From Octopus bimaculoides (Eukaryota), in NCBI RefSeq assembly GCF_001194135.2, contig NC_068990.1, positions 4,915,638-4,979,637 on the forward strand: a stretch of 64,000 nucleotides of DNA, read 5' to 3'. The position numbers were made by a program, and so were the translations under genes. Numbering within the stretch: the first letter of the stretch is position 1; the number at the start of each line of letters is the position of its first letter. Shown here in pieces: positions 50,397 to 63,765 of the stretch. The notes beneath the pieces are model-generated. The model was not told the DNA's origin. It saw nothing but the letters and a program-made list of their open reading frames with translations, and searched no databases.

Positions 50397-50592
50397 ATAT
50401 TACATACAAAAATAAGAGGAATGACCAGCAAAAGTGGACTCCTATATGCTAGAAATAGATGCCGAATCATCTAACCACGAAAAGTTTTACTGAGAACATA
50501 TATCTTTTTCGTGGTTAGATGATTCGGCATCTATTTCTAGCATATAAGAGTCCACTTTTGCTGGTCATTCCTCTTATTTTTGTATGTAATAT
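50397..50592. repeat. Near-perfect 87-bp inverted repeat with 22-nt spacer
   Basis: 50397-50483 is the reverse complement of 50506-50592 except C50442/A50547. Confidence 0.95.
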
Positions 50593-50609
50593 GCTTAGAG
50601 AAGAATATA

Positions 50610-50818
50610 CAAGGCAGTACTGAAAAGTTCCTGGTTTTGGGTAAAAGAAAGGATCAGTTAATTATGATTTTATTCAACATATTCCTCTCTCTGATTCACA
50701 CACTTATTGCAGCGGTCCTTTAGTTTTTCTAAGCCCTGTAAAAGAACTTGGAAGGTTGGGCCTCTAACCAGGCCTTTCGCTACACTCTTAAAACCAGGAA
50801 CTTTTCAGTCCCCTCTTG
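50610..50818. mobile_element. 209-bp mariner-derived MITE
   Basis: TA target sites at 50608-09 and 50819-20; 29-bp TIRs caaggcagtactgaaaagttcctggtttt and caagaggggactgaaaagttcctggtttt (revcomp). Confidence 0.9.
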
Positions 50819-50893
50819 TATATTCACATGCCTATACTTATACGCATATTTAAAGACTGTGTAAATACATGTATTAATATATAACACACTTAT

Positions 50894-51105
50894 GGGCAGT
50901 AGATTGTTAGAATTGTTAGGGCACCAAATAAAAAGATTTACAGCTTTTAGTTACAAAATTTTATGTTCTGCATTCAAATCCTGCCATAGTCAACTTTGAC
51001 TTTCATTCTTCCAGATTAGTAAAATAAAGTACCATTCAAGGGTACTTTATTTTACTAGCAATTGTATCCATCCCCCAAATTTAAGGCTTATGCCTATATT
51101 AGAAA
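50894..51105 (+). mobile_element. Degenerate tRNA-derived SINE (24104 family)
   Basis: gcattcaaatcctgccatagtcaactttgactttcattcttcc...gtaaaataaagtacc. Confidence 0.6.
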
Positions 51106-52037
51106 TCTGATTCTAAATAAAGTATTTAGCTTCCTTCTGGAGAAATTTCAGTAATCCATTCCACCATAGATTGTAAAAATTGGCAAATTTCAACACTGCT
51201 GCAATTATCAGAATTCCTAAATTTAAAGAGAGAGCAAAGTTGAAAACTATTAACTGTAAAATGTGTAGATGGTTCTAAATAATTAATTAAATCCTGCCAT
51301 GGATAATTTAAGTATGTAAGTCTGGAGAAATTTCAGAAATTCTTGATTATCTGAAAGAGTATAAAATTCTGAAATTTGAAGTGGTAACAAGGTTAAAAAC
51401 TATTGACTCTAAATATGCAAATAATCTTAATTAAAGAAAGACCCAACTGTATAGGTGGAGGATTTGGGAAATTTCAGAAAATCTACTCGATCTGAAATTC
51501 ATGGAATGCTGCTGATATCCCAAATTTTATGCAAGAATAAAGTTTAAATCTATCAATTCTAGAATATGCAAATGGATTTTAAATAAAGAATTAATGTATA
51601 CCCCAGCTGATTTATTTGTGTAATACTGGAGATAATACAGAAAATTGAGCTTATCTGAAAATCTTGCAATTATTAACAAGATTGCTTACAACAGACTTCA
51701 TAAATTTGAAGAGACAACAAATGATTGCAGCAATTAAAGGCAAAAATTTAGTATTTTAAAATGTGCAAATGGTCATAAATTAAGAATTAATGCTTTCAAA
51801 GTTCAACAGGTGAGGAATCACCGGAGTTTTTAAATTTAAAAATTACTAATTCCAAAATGTGCAGATGACCTTAAATAAAGAATTCAAAATTTCCTTGGTT
51901 GATCTATATATTTGTTATGAAATTTCATCAATTCTGCACTAAGAGAAAAATGATGATTATCAGAATTCCTAAATTTGAAGCAAAGCATGTTTGAAAATTA
52001 TCAAATCAAAACTTTGATTAAATCAAATCTTTGCCAA

Positions 52038-52900
52038 GCTAGCATGTGGTAAAAAGCTTGCTTTCCAACCACATGGTTCTGGATTCAGTCCAACTGTGTG
52101 GTACCTTAGGCAAATGTCTTCTACTATAGCATTGGGCCAACCAAAGCCTTGTGAGTGGATATGGTAGACAGAAACTGGAAGCAGCTGTCTTTTTTTTTTT
52201 TTTAGTCGAATAAATCAACCCCCAGGACTTGTTCTTTGTGGGCCTTGTGCTTATTCTGTCGGTCTCTTTTGTTGAACCCCTAAGTTGTGGGGATGTAAAC
52301 ACAGCAACATCGGTTGTCAGGCGATGGTGGCGGGGACAAACACAGACACGCAAACACACACACACATATATATGTCAGTGGCATGTTAAAAGCACCATTC
52401 GAGTGTGATCATGGCCAGTGCCACCTGACTGGCTCCTGTGCTGGTGACATATAAAAAGCAACATTCAACCAGCTGACTGGCCCCATACCAGTGGCATGTA
52501 AAAAGCACCAACTACACACTCGGAGTGGTTGGCGTTAGGAAAGTCACTCAGCTGTAGATTGGAGCCTGGTGCAGTCTTTTGGCTTGCCAGCCCTCAGTCA
52601 AACTGTCCAACCCATGCCAGCATGGAAAGCGGACGTTAAACTATGATGATTATGATGAGGATGTATACATTTATGCATGTCTTTGTGTCTGTGTTTGTCC
52701 CCTCCACCATCCCTTGAAAACCAATGTTGATGAATTTAGATTCCCATAACTTAGCAGTTTGGCAAAAGAGACTGATAGAACAAGCTTACAAAGATTAAGT
52801 CCTGGGGTTGATTTCTTCGACTAAAAAAAACTTTAAAGGTGGTGCTCCTGCATGTCCTCAGTCAAATGATTGAAACGAGTGAAAGAATAAAGGAATAAAC
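52038..52900. mobile_element. Nested SINE/RTE-tail cluster inside the tandem array
   Basis: SINE head (+) 52038-52190, SINE 3' half (-) 52192-52370, RTE 3' UTR (+) 52372-52660, SINE 3' half (+) 52665-52900. Confidence 0.8.
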
Positions 52901-54141
52901 TCATTCAGGGGAGATGAGGGATTTCTGAAATACTACCCTGTGATGAAATTTGAAATAAAAAGTTGAAAATCATCATTTATAAAACAAGCTACTGGTCCCA
53001 GATAAAAGCTTTAAGGTTATCTGAGATAATTTTAAATTGTATCATGAGGGCAATTTCAATAATATTTGTTACCCCTTGGGTAATTTATATCTGTATGACT
53101 GAAGAAAGTTCAGAGATTCTACCATATCTTGTTGTTGAGGAAGAAACATGTTCACAACAGTTCTTTTCTTTTTTTTTTTACAGAAAATAATCAGAAATGG
53201 TTATTGTGAAGAGAAAATTATATTTGATGAATTCTGCTACGACCATTTCAAATGGAATCTAATAACTTATTTCTATAGAATATAATGCAACTTCCTCTTG
53301 AAATTAAAGTATTTCTTGTTTGTCTAAAACTCATTAAAAATTTCCAAATTTTAACAGATCAGAAGTCTTCAGAATTTCCAAAGCTGAAACAGCAATAATG
53401 TCGAAGAGTCATTAATTGTAAAATGTGCTGATCATCCTAAATAAAGAATCAACACTTAACCTGGATGATTGAACTCATGAAGACTTGAGAGTTTAAAGAA
53501 ATGTTCTTCTATCTCATGAAAATATGTTCATTAGAACATCCAAAATTGAACTAACAAAGAAATCTATCAATTTCCAAATGTGCAGGTTACTGAACATGAA
53601 GGATTAAAGTTTATCCTGTACTTATTTAAAACTAGAAATATTTCCAATATTTTACACTGTCTAAAAATCCTATAAGTCTCAACAGGACTGCTATTATCAG
53701 AATGCCTAAATTATTAGTAATGACACAGTTGAAAATTATTCTAAAATGTGAAGATAGTTGCATACAAAGAATGTAAATCTGAAAAAGTCCCAGAATTTCT
53801 ACTCTATCTGAAAGTCACAAATAATAGCAAATTTCAACACAAGTGCAGTCATATGAATTCCCAAATTCAAAAATATATTATAAATAGAAATTTCTAAAAT
53901 GTACTGGTGGCCTTAAATGAAGAACTGATTACCTAATTTACATTTGTAAAATTGGAAAAATTCAGAAATTCTAGGCTTCAGGAAATTCATCAATATCTCT
54001 AGTACTGTTATCTTCAGAACTTCGAAATAATAAATCTGAAATTCATCAATTCTAAAATCTGTAAACAATGATAAATAAAGACTTAAAATTGTTTTGCAAC
54101 TGGCTTAAATGTACAAAATAGAAAAAAAGATTGATAATTGA

Positions 54142-54382
54142 CAAGTCCCTTAACCCATGAGGGCTGTTGGGGCACTTCAACCATGCAGTGTATCAAAGGT
54201 GAGAAAGTCTGGCAGAGCCCATCCTTCTCCAGGCTAAACTCATTTCTACAGCTGAGTGGACTGGAGCAATATGAAATGAAGTGTTTGGCTCAAGAACACA
54301 ATGGAACACCTGATCCAGTAATTGAAACTACAATCTTACGGTCATGAATTCAACACCTTAACCACTAAGCAATGCAACTTCA
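54142..54382 (-). mobile_element. tRNA-derived SINE with a CORE-like central domain
   Basis: The reverse strand reads gcttagtggttaaggtgttgaattc...gtgttcttgagccaaacacttcatttcatattgctccagtccactcagctg. Confidence 0.75.
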
Positions 54383-57229
54383 CTAAAAAAAAACAAAAAA
54401 ACTGCTAATTGCTAATTCTAAAATATGCTGACCATGCTAAGTAAAGAACTAAAGTTAACCCAACAAATTTTAAATGGTAAGACAAAAGCAATTGCAATAT
54501 CTTTAGCTTGCATGAAAATCATAAACATTTTAAGATTTTAACAGACCAGTAGTTACCAAAATTTCCAAATTTGAAGCAGCAATAAACTCAAACAAATTAT
54601 GTCTAAAATGTGCAGATCATGCTAAATAAAGTGTTAAAGCTTGCTTCAGCATACTGAAATTAGTAAGACTATAGAAACTATAGAAATTCTCTGAGAAATC
54701 ATGAAAATTTGAAAATTTCAATGGATCCTCATTCATCTAAATTCTCAAAATTAAACTGAAATTTATCAATTCTAAAATGTGCAGATGGCCCCAAAGAAAG
54801 AATAAAATCCTGTCATGGGTAATTTAAATGAGTAGAGAGAGTTCACAAAATCCTTTTTTCTATAAAACTCATGAAAAAGTTCAAATTTCAACACAACAGC
54901 AGTTATCATTGCAGAATTCCCAAGTTTGATGTAAAATAAAAGTTAGAAACTATCAATGCTAAAATGTGCAGATGGTTCTAAAAGACTTAAAGTTTGCCTT
55001 AAGTAATTTATATCTGTATGACTGAAGAAAGTTCAGAGATTCTACCATATCTTAAAAACATAGAATTTTCAGTAGTCACTATCATTAAAATTAAAAGAAG
55101 CAATAAAGTTGAAAATAATCAATTCTACTGGAGAAATTACAAGAAATTAGTCCTAGCTGAAAATCTAGGAAATTTGCAACTTTTGAGAGTTTCACTGTCA
55201 TCGAAATTCCCCAATGTGAAGTAATATCAAAATTTACCACCACCAATTCTTAAATGTGCAAATGTTCCTAACTAAAGAATTAAAGCTAAGCTTCCCCTTA
55301 ATGTATGCAAGAGTGTCAGGTGGGGGAAATCAGGAAAATATCAACAAGAAAGCTGCCAAGAGAATTCCCACATTTTAATTAGAAATAAAGTTGAAAATTT
55401 TTAAAAGTGTAGATAGTCCCCAAGAATTGAAGTCTGCTTCATCTGATTTAAATGTAAAAGTATAGATATTTTAAAAACTCTCCTTCACCTGAATAATCAT
55501 GAAAATTTCCACATATCAACAAGTTAGCAATAACGAAGTCCAACATTTTCAATAATGAAATGTGCAGAGCATCCTAAGTTGTGAATTAGAACTTATTCTG
55601 TCTCATTTAAACTAGTGACAGTGACAAAGTTTTAGAAATTTTGCCATGTCCACATTTATTGATGTTATTTCAAATTTGAATTAATGATGATGTTGAAAAT
55701 TATGAATTCAGAAATGTGAATATAAGTAAAGAATTTAAGCTTATCAGACTGATTTAGCTGTGTAACACTGGGAATATTTTGTAAAATCTACGCCATAAAA
55801 ATCTGAAAAATTATCAATTTTAACCCTTTGTCTGTTCTGTGTATCACATGATACATAGGACATATTCCCTTTGCATCCATACATCACATTTAATATATAT
55901 TTCTAATTTAGTTCAACCACCAGAATAACTTTGGAATATGAAAAAAAAGCTTTATATGACTCAAACATATGTTTCAACACAACTGCAGTTATCATGGCAA
56001 GGATTAACTAACAGTTTGATAATAAGCATGGGTGTTTAGGACAAACATATGAAAATGCTTTTGACAAGCAGGTGGTAATGGTTTTGACAAGCAGATGGTT
56101 ATTGTGCAAATGATAATCTAATTTCTAAAATGTACAGTTAGTTCTGGATAAAGAATTAATGTTTGTCATGCCTAGATTTAAATGACTAAGTTGCAGGAAG
56201 TTCAAAAATTCTACACTATTAAGAAACCATGAAAATTTGAAACTATTAACGAGTCATCAGAATTCTATAATTTCATGTAACCACAAAAATTACCAATTTT
56301 AAAAATTTCAGATAATCTTAAATAAATCAATTCAAATCTATTATTAAATTCAAAATAAGAACAAATTTGAAAATTATAAATTCTAAAATGTGCATGTAGT
56401 TCTAATAGAGGATTAAAGCTAGAATTGGTTGGTTTACTTGTGTAGACTGTGATAATTTCAGAATTTCTGTTCTATCTAAAAGTCTCCATTACTTCATCCT
56501 GTCCTTCTAAGTCTCCTATTTGCACGTGTTTTACATACTTCAAGCTCTCGTCCACTTATTCCTACAGTTGTCATTCTCTATATATATATCAAATCCTTTT
56601 ACAGTGTGATTTTCTCCGACTGCCCTATTTGTGATTCCTCTAATATTTGGTTATCCTCTCTACTTATTTGTGCTCTTTTGTTCATGATTGCTTGCTGAAC
56701 ACATGCAATAGAGTATGAATCTTCTGCATTCATAACAATTATCAAAATATATTTTTACATTTAATTCTTAATATTAAAACAAGGTTTGTCAACTAGCATA
56801 CACTAATTTGTGTTTTAAGAAGTTATATTTATATAAATATGTGTCAAATGATAGTTTCCAAACACACTTCAAATGACTTTTAAAACTAGAAAACAAACAC
56901 TGAACTATGTTGTTTATCCAGTATGCTTGGATTAATATCCTTCATTGAGAAACAAAATATATTGTTTAATTATGAACTCAAACAATCATTAGAAAGTGGT
57001 GTATATAACTGATTTATCCAGATTAAGTCAACATTTAAAAATGAAACGTAAATTGCTGGTTGATGCTATTATTATAGTTGACAATATAGATGATTAAGCA
57101 TCTTCCAAAAACAAAAAAATATCAATATATTATATTTTGTTGTTACAAAGTAGAAGACACTTGTGAAAATTATATTATTAAGAACTTCATGTTGGAATAT
57201 TACCATTATCATAATCTGTTTGCATTTGT

Positions 57230-57580
57230 TTTCTGTGCTGGCATGGATTGGATGGATTCACATCACCGGAATCAGTTTGTATTTGGGGTTACTGTTCTTC
57301 TAGATCAACTGGAAAATCAAGTTTCATTTGTACACTTCATTTTTGGTTTCTATGGGTGGATATCTTTTATAACAGCTACCATTTTACAGTGTAAGCTAAG
57401 TACATTTTATCATGACACCAGCACTAGAGAGGTTGTCATATCCTTGACAAAACAAATATAAAGGGTGAAACTGATATAATGTTTTCTCCGCTCATTCTGC
57501 AACCACTTAACAGGGTGCATTAACTGTGATTTACTATGGCACCAGCATTAGTGAGGTTACTTTGAAACCGCGCAAGACAA
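57230..57580 (-). mobile_element. Old copy of the 16428-type RTE-tail element
   Basis: Two degenerate modules (gggtggatatctttt...atcatgacaccagcactagagagg; actatggcaccagcattagtgagg) homologous to 16640-16730. Confidence 0.55.
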
Positions 57581-57937
57581 AATACTGCTAACTAAATGTT
57601 ATCAATGATCATTCTAGACAACTTGATTATTAGAATGGGTAGAAAAAATGGTGCTTGCAGAAGATGAACTAGGATTGGTGTTACAGCATGGTAAAATAGA
57701 TAGAAATGGAAGAGATAATAATGGCAGCAAAAAAAGAGAGAGGAAGAAAGAGAACAAATGATTGGTAGTTGTGGAAATGGCTGCAGATGAGAGAGTGTGA
57801 TGGATATCAGAAAGGTTGGGGAAAAGCTAGAAGTATATAGGGTTGATGTTTTCTGGTGACAGAAAGCATGATAGGTAATTGAGATAGCAATAGGGGTAAG
57901 AGTATTGCTTATGAACAAATTTAAAGTTTTTGTTTAA

Positions 57938-58156
57938 CCTTTTCATTATCAACCTGGCTGAAACCAGCTCTGGCTCTGTAGTACAAATGTCTCGTTTTCA
58001 TATGTTTTGAATTAAAAGCTCCCACCAAACCTTAGTCACAACTTATGTTCCTAGCACTAACTTGATGATAACTAAGTTATTTTACTAAATTCTTTGTTAT
58101 ATTTTGAATAACTGAAAGAAACAGAGCATCTCAAAATAAATATGGAAATGAAAGGG
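57938..58156. mobile_element. 219-bp piggyBac-like MITE
   Basis: TTAA on both sides (57934-37, 58157-60); ends ccttttcattatc and ggaaatgaaaggg. Confidence 0.8.
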
Positions 58157-61100
58157 TTAATATATGACTGGCATGGTATACTACAAAGAAGACAGGGTGA
58201 CAGTTCAGACACTATCAAATAGGCAAGAGAGTGCTGTCACCAAGGAAGTGATCTGAGGGAAGGGAAGTAAGTAATGGCAGGCTTTATAGGGGAGTAAAAG
58301 GAGGGATGTATTGGATGCGAACAGGATTAATGCAATCCCTTCTTACTCAGGCAGCTTTATAGATGAGAGAAACAGAGAGAGAAAGGGAGGGAGGTACAGA
58401 TGGTGTTAAGGGGGATTGCATATATTCAGATCTAAAGCTTTTTTCCTTATTACGTGTGTGACATAATGAAGTGGAGAAGATAGTTGAAAGGCAATGAAAT
58501 AGACAAGAGGGACAGCAGATGAAAAAACAAATCGTCCAGATGTGGATATATATCATCTATTACAGCTTGATCATTCTTTTCTAGTACCCAATATCAGCAA
58601 TTTCATCGTTCTTAGTCATCTTTGTCCTGAAACAAAAAATCTAGAGATAAGTCTAGAATACTTTTCTAAAAATCTTCTTTGGTTTTCCTCTTTGGCAGCT
58701 TCTGTTTACTTGGAGCATGTAGAGTTAAGATTTTAGGAACAAAAAAGCAGTTTTCATTGCTGCCCTAAAGTGCTAAGCAAAGGACATGATAATTATGAGG
58801 ACTTGCTAATAGATTAATTTGTAGAAATGTTGGTGGAATAAAGATAAATAGCAAATCAGAGTTTATTTAGTTGCTCAAAATAAAATTGTGAAAAGAAACT
58901 AATTTCATCAGCAAAAGTTGCAAATTAGCGCTAACTTCATTAAGTGTAAGGTTTGGTATGTTATTGCTCCCTAATCTAAATCATGCCACTTCAAAAGATT
59001 CAGTAGAGTTTTGCAGACATATGCATATATACATTGCTATGCAGCACAATTATACCAAATATTTTTAACAAATTACTTCATGTTTAATCTGTACAGTGTT
59101 CTGTATTTCTTGAAATAATTGTCTATGGAATTTATAACATTTTTAACATGCATAAAAGGAAAAAATTAATTAAAAAAGACAAAGAAATGCAGATTTGTTT
59201 TTCTTCTACATAACTAAATTCTGTAAATAAACAAAATTCTTTATCATGTCTATATGATGGTGTACATTAAGTTCTACAAATTAGCAAGTGTGAATTCATT
59301 TATGAACATCATTAATGACTGAAATTTCACTGATTTGAGAGCAGCATTTTTTTCATAGTTTGTATCTAAATTTTATTTTTAGTTCCTTATTTGAAAGTTG
59401 AAAATGTTTCATGATAGCAGATATCTAATACGATTAAACAGATAGAAAATTTACAAGAAAAAATTTCTAAGCCATGAACTGGAAATGATATTGAATTTAA
59501 AGAAATAAAGTTGGGTAGCTTATTTGAGAACTAATGTTTAAATATAATTAAGAAATTTAAATGAATTTTTGCTTTAACTCTTGAAAAAGTTTTACAAATA
59601 ACCGAAAATAATGAAGAAAAAACAAAAATCTTTACTGATCTGACTGTGATACTATAGCGGTTCCATCATCTTATGCATGTTACATGTTTAATGTTTGCAC
59701 TTTTGGAATCTAATATATGTTTAACCTTGTCCCTTTATGTTAGGTTGGTCTAGCTACATATTTTGTTCACTATCTAATTGTAAAGTAGAGTTTATGTGGA
59801 TTTGGGAATTCTATCTAATTTTCTAAGTTTAGAATGTTGTCGTGGCTTTTAACTCACCATTGTTTATGCTGTGTATATTTTGGTATGTTTGTTTATATAC
59901 TTTGTTTTATAATAATAACTTGCTGCATGTTTTTTCTTTCTAGCTCATTAATCTGTGGATTCATTGGCTTGCACAAATATATTTTAAAATTTTTTTAAAG
60001 AAATAGAGGTTAATTCAATGCACGGTTACTGAATCTTGCTTTTTGATAATATCTATGATAATAATCATTTCCAAATTTAAGCAATGAGTGTTTTAAATTA
60101 GCTGATACCTAAAAGATAAAATCACTCCTACAAGTAAATGGTGCACAAAGGAAAATGCAAAACTATATAATGATTATGACATTAATTTTAATTTATAGAC
60201 AAATGAGGAGTTTAAAATACTAACTTTGCCAATTAACATCTTGAAAATGTGAGAAAAAGAAACATTCTCTTCAAGGTTACATAAAAAAGAAAATATATCT
60301 GAAATCAATTAAACCTATTCCTGCCTTGGCGGTCATCCCGTTACTAATCCAGTTGAGCATCTGTCATCTGAACTAGATTGAAAAACTTGATATGCAAAAT
60401 TAAACTCATAATGTATGGCTGGTACAAAAAGAAGAGAGTAATTACTATCAAAGTTTCTACTTTACTTTGCTTGCTAATTGAACAGATAACTGGTATGCAT
60501 ATTAGGGATTCATATATTTGTCATTCATAATTTAACTTTATAGTATTTGACAGGGAAATGTAAGTTCAACAAAATAAAGAAGACAGTGACACCCACACAA
60601 GAAGATATCTTTCCATTCCATTAACCAGTCAAATATCAGATGTGAGTTTACAGACTTTGATATGAAAATGTAATTCCAGTTACATGTGGCAGACAGTATC
60701 TCCAGATAAGCAAACCTCTGTATCATTAAATATATTACTGATGTCTGAAAAAGCTGGCTTCCATTTAAGTGACATTTACATTTCTAATTGGAAATTTTAC
60801 CATTTCAAACAGTGCCAACAAGTTTTGGTCTATACTGTGAGTTATACTATGATAAATGATATGAATATTGTACATGTTGCCTCTCTTGTATGTAACATGT
60901 ATGTGTGTATGTGTACATGTATATTTAAATACATATTGCATCAAATGCACTTCCAATTCTTTTTTGATTGCATTATACTTTTCCATCTTGGTCCAAATCA
61001 TTTAACTAAATTCTCTTCCTATCAAAGGAAAAGCCTTCCAAATGGCCTTTTCTGATGTCTTAGATGCCATTAATAACTGCACAGGTTCACCTGTTTCCTA

Positions 61101-62510
61101 TGGATCTTGTGAAATATCAAAACCAGTGAAACTTGTGCTTTTGGTACTCTGTGATAATGTCATTCCCTCTGCTCTCAAATTATCTTAGATTGGCTGTGTT
61201 CTTGCAATGATACAATGATGTACACATACACAAGTCCAATATCTATCTACCAATCTATCTCTATAAACACACATACACACACATAATATAAACAAGACTC
61301 AGTTGAATAAGGTACTTAAAGCTGAGGCACCTAGTTAGGTCAGAATAAAATCCACACACAATTTTTAGATAAATATCAACCTTGATATAGAAGTATTAAC
61401 AGAATAATATTTGGGTAATGTATGCAATCAATTTGACCCAACAGTCCATAATATACTTCAGAACACATGAGGGGCATGTTCTGAGATAGGTGAATTAAAA
61501 ATAGATAAGTAACAATTGAAGGACAGCTGTCAATTCATTACAGCTGTTTCTAACGAATTTTTTAACTGATAAATGAGTACATTATATAATTATAAAATAA
61601 CATTTTTTTCAGATGAACACATGAATTTTACAATCAAGGACATTTAAAATAATTTAGAATAATTTAAAATCCACAGCAACATACCTATTCAATGATTTTG
61701 CCAATAGTTCAGTTGCAAATGAGCTTACCAAAACAATGTACATTCAATCAGTTCAGTGAGAGGGGTTTCCAAAAAATATAGGGGTTAGTTGGCTGGTTAT
61801 CGAGGGGAAGGGGTAAGTGGCCTCCAGTGGCCTAATTGTCCCAACTCTCAACAACAGAAAAAGTGGCTCCATTTGTCTAAGATATGCTTCAAGAAGAGGT
61901 TCATTGTCCACTGACAAGGGATAAGAATCAATGTTTTTGATCATATCAATCTGCTTAATTATTAAGGTCATTTGTGATGCAACTAAAATACCAAACTTTA
62001 ATCACTACTACAAAGAGGGAGGGAAAGGGAAGTGAAAGAGAGAGAGAGAGAAAATGGAGAAGATAAATGTAAACGAGAAAACCAATCCTAACAGTTTACT
62101 AATTACTATTATCTTCTTACTATAATGGTAATTAGCATGATGTATATATATATACATACATATATACATATATATGTGATGGTTGTCTACTCTTGACCAA
62201 GGAAGACCATCACTAATCATTAAGAAAATTGTGCATTCAGACAAATTTAAACTTAACACTTGTGGCTCTACTGGTGACTAATAAGTTATGCTTTTGATGA
62301 ACATATGCATCCACAGACATAGCAGACCGAGCTTGACCCATGGTTGTATGTTTTCGAGCAGTTCACTTAAATTCTGCATGAAAAATGTGTTTTGTTTTGG
62401 AGCATGGAATTGGATATAGAAGAAAGTAGAAAGAGAGATAGAAACATAAAGATGGTGACACTGATGACTGTAAAGTTGGTAGCGTAATTTAATGTTAATA
62501 TTTGAGCATA

Positions 62511-62695
62511 AGAAATGCTTAGTAGCATTATGTCTGTCTGTACATTCTGAGTTCAAATGTCGCTGAGGCTGACTTTATCTTTCATCCTTTTAGGTTCGAT
62601 AAAATAACAACCAGTTGAACACTGGGATTGATGTAATCAATTTATGCCCTTCCCCAAAAGTGCTGGCCTTGTGCCAAAATTTGAAGTCAATATTG
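62511..62695 (+). mobile_element. tRNA-derived SINE (24104 family)
   Basis: gaaatgcttagtagcatt...ctgagttcaaat...ctttcatccttttaggttcgataaaataac...gtgccaaaatttgaa. Confidence 0.82.
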
Positions 62696-63494
62696 TGAAT
62701 GATAGCTGTGATTATGAGGATTATACTGGAATGGTTGTGGTAATGATAATTATGATGCTGATGTTAATGTTAGTAACAATGATAGTGATGATGATGATGA
62801 TAAGTTGGTTTGAGTAAGATGGTTATGTTGATGAAATGCTGTGAGTAGTGGAGGTGGTGGTGAACGAGGTGGTGCAGGTGAATATGATGGGAGTGAAGCA
62901 AAAGTACAGAGTACATTAAAGTGTAACTTTAAGCCTTGTTGCTAGGAAATACCACTAGAATGTTATTGCAATTCAACTTGATTATTTAGTAGCAACTGAG
63001 CTCTTAAGTCAACCAATATTTATTCTGTTTCCATAGGAAAATATAACAATTTTCAATAACTTTAGGTTACTGGATTTAGAATTTTAAGCTAACAAAACAC
63101 TTGCCATTAATGGCTCTGAAGCTTTAAGTGGGGAATTATAACTCCCCATCCTATATATGCACAGTTTAAACAAGACCAGCTTTTTTAGATTTAATTGATG
63201 TTACCAGAGATAGAGGATACTTGACAAGTATGTCAGACAACATGTCTTCATTTGCAATGCTAAAAACTGAACTTGATATACAACTTAAAATGCAGTCCTG
63301 TATTTTAATATTTTAATTCAGTGGCTGTTCAAGGTTTAAAATTCTTTGTTGAAACTTAACATGGTTTTCTTAAGATTCAAGCTCTAAATGATTAAGAAAT
63401 AATAAGAACGTGTAGCTAAAGAAGTATGTTTGCAAATAAACTATTGTAACTGATAGAAAATTAGATAAAAGAAATATATCTCAATTGTACAGGA

Positions 63495-63765
63495 CTCTTT
63501 TATGTGTTTCAGCCAGGTGGCTGTGGTCATGCTGGAGCACCACCATGAGAATTATACTTTCTAGAGAGATTATTCTAAATTTAGATTTTAAAACGATATA
63601 AATATCAGATATTCTTTTATTCTTTTATTTGTTTCTGTCATTTGACTGTGGCCTTGTGCTGAACCGCTAAGTTATGGGGATGTAAACACACCAGCATCGG
63701 TTGTCAAGTGATGTTGGAGGGACAAACACAGACACACAAACATATACACACAAACATAAATATAT
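63495..63765 (-). mobile_element. Fragments of SINE 3' halves (36630 family)
   Basis: tgtttcagcc...catgctggagcacc and tgtcatttgactgtggcc...gaaccgctaagttatggggatgtaaacacacc...ggacaaacacagacac. Confidence 0.75.

Larger units (their letters stand above)
51105..56485. repeat. Highly diverged tandem array, ~150-190 bp unit, ~25 units
   Basis: The anchor aattctaaaatgtgcagatg..taaataaagaattaaag recurs at ~51258, 51411, 51561, 51758, 51854, 53420, 53575, 53743, 53896, 54054, 54420, 54605, 54774, 54961, 55251, 55403, 55557, 55711, 56127, 56301 and 56385. Confidence 0.85.

Noticed and set aside
23891-52660. Recurring ~170-bp identical-looking unit considered as a CRISPR-like or dispersed regulatory repeat
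   Set aside because: The copies are irregularly dispersed, end in (GAT)n, and two are joined to RTE ORF sequence: they are 5'-truncated LINE tails.
53182-53285. Strong plus-strand acceptor (cttttctttttttttttacag) followed by KIIRNGYCEEK...
   Set aside because: The frame closes after 33 codons with no donor; the T-run could equally be a minus-strand poly(A) remnant.
60315-60378. Short CpG-containing unique segment (ccttggcggtcatcccgttac)
   Set aside because: No hairpin, splice pair or recognisable RNA family; nothing supportable without a conservation search.
61530-61555. ttacagctgtttc (GAAACAGCTGTA on the minus strand), the 3' half of a minimal PLE hammerhead
   Set aside because: No CUGANGA or stem II is present upstream on that strand.
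1077-62695. tRNA-like A/B boxes at several SINE heads, considered as tRNA genes
   Set aside because: No complete cloverleaf; each continues into a repeated SINE body.
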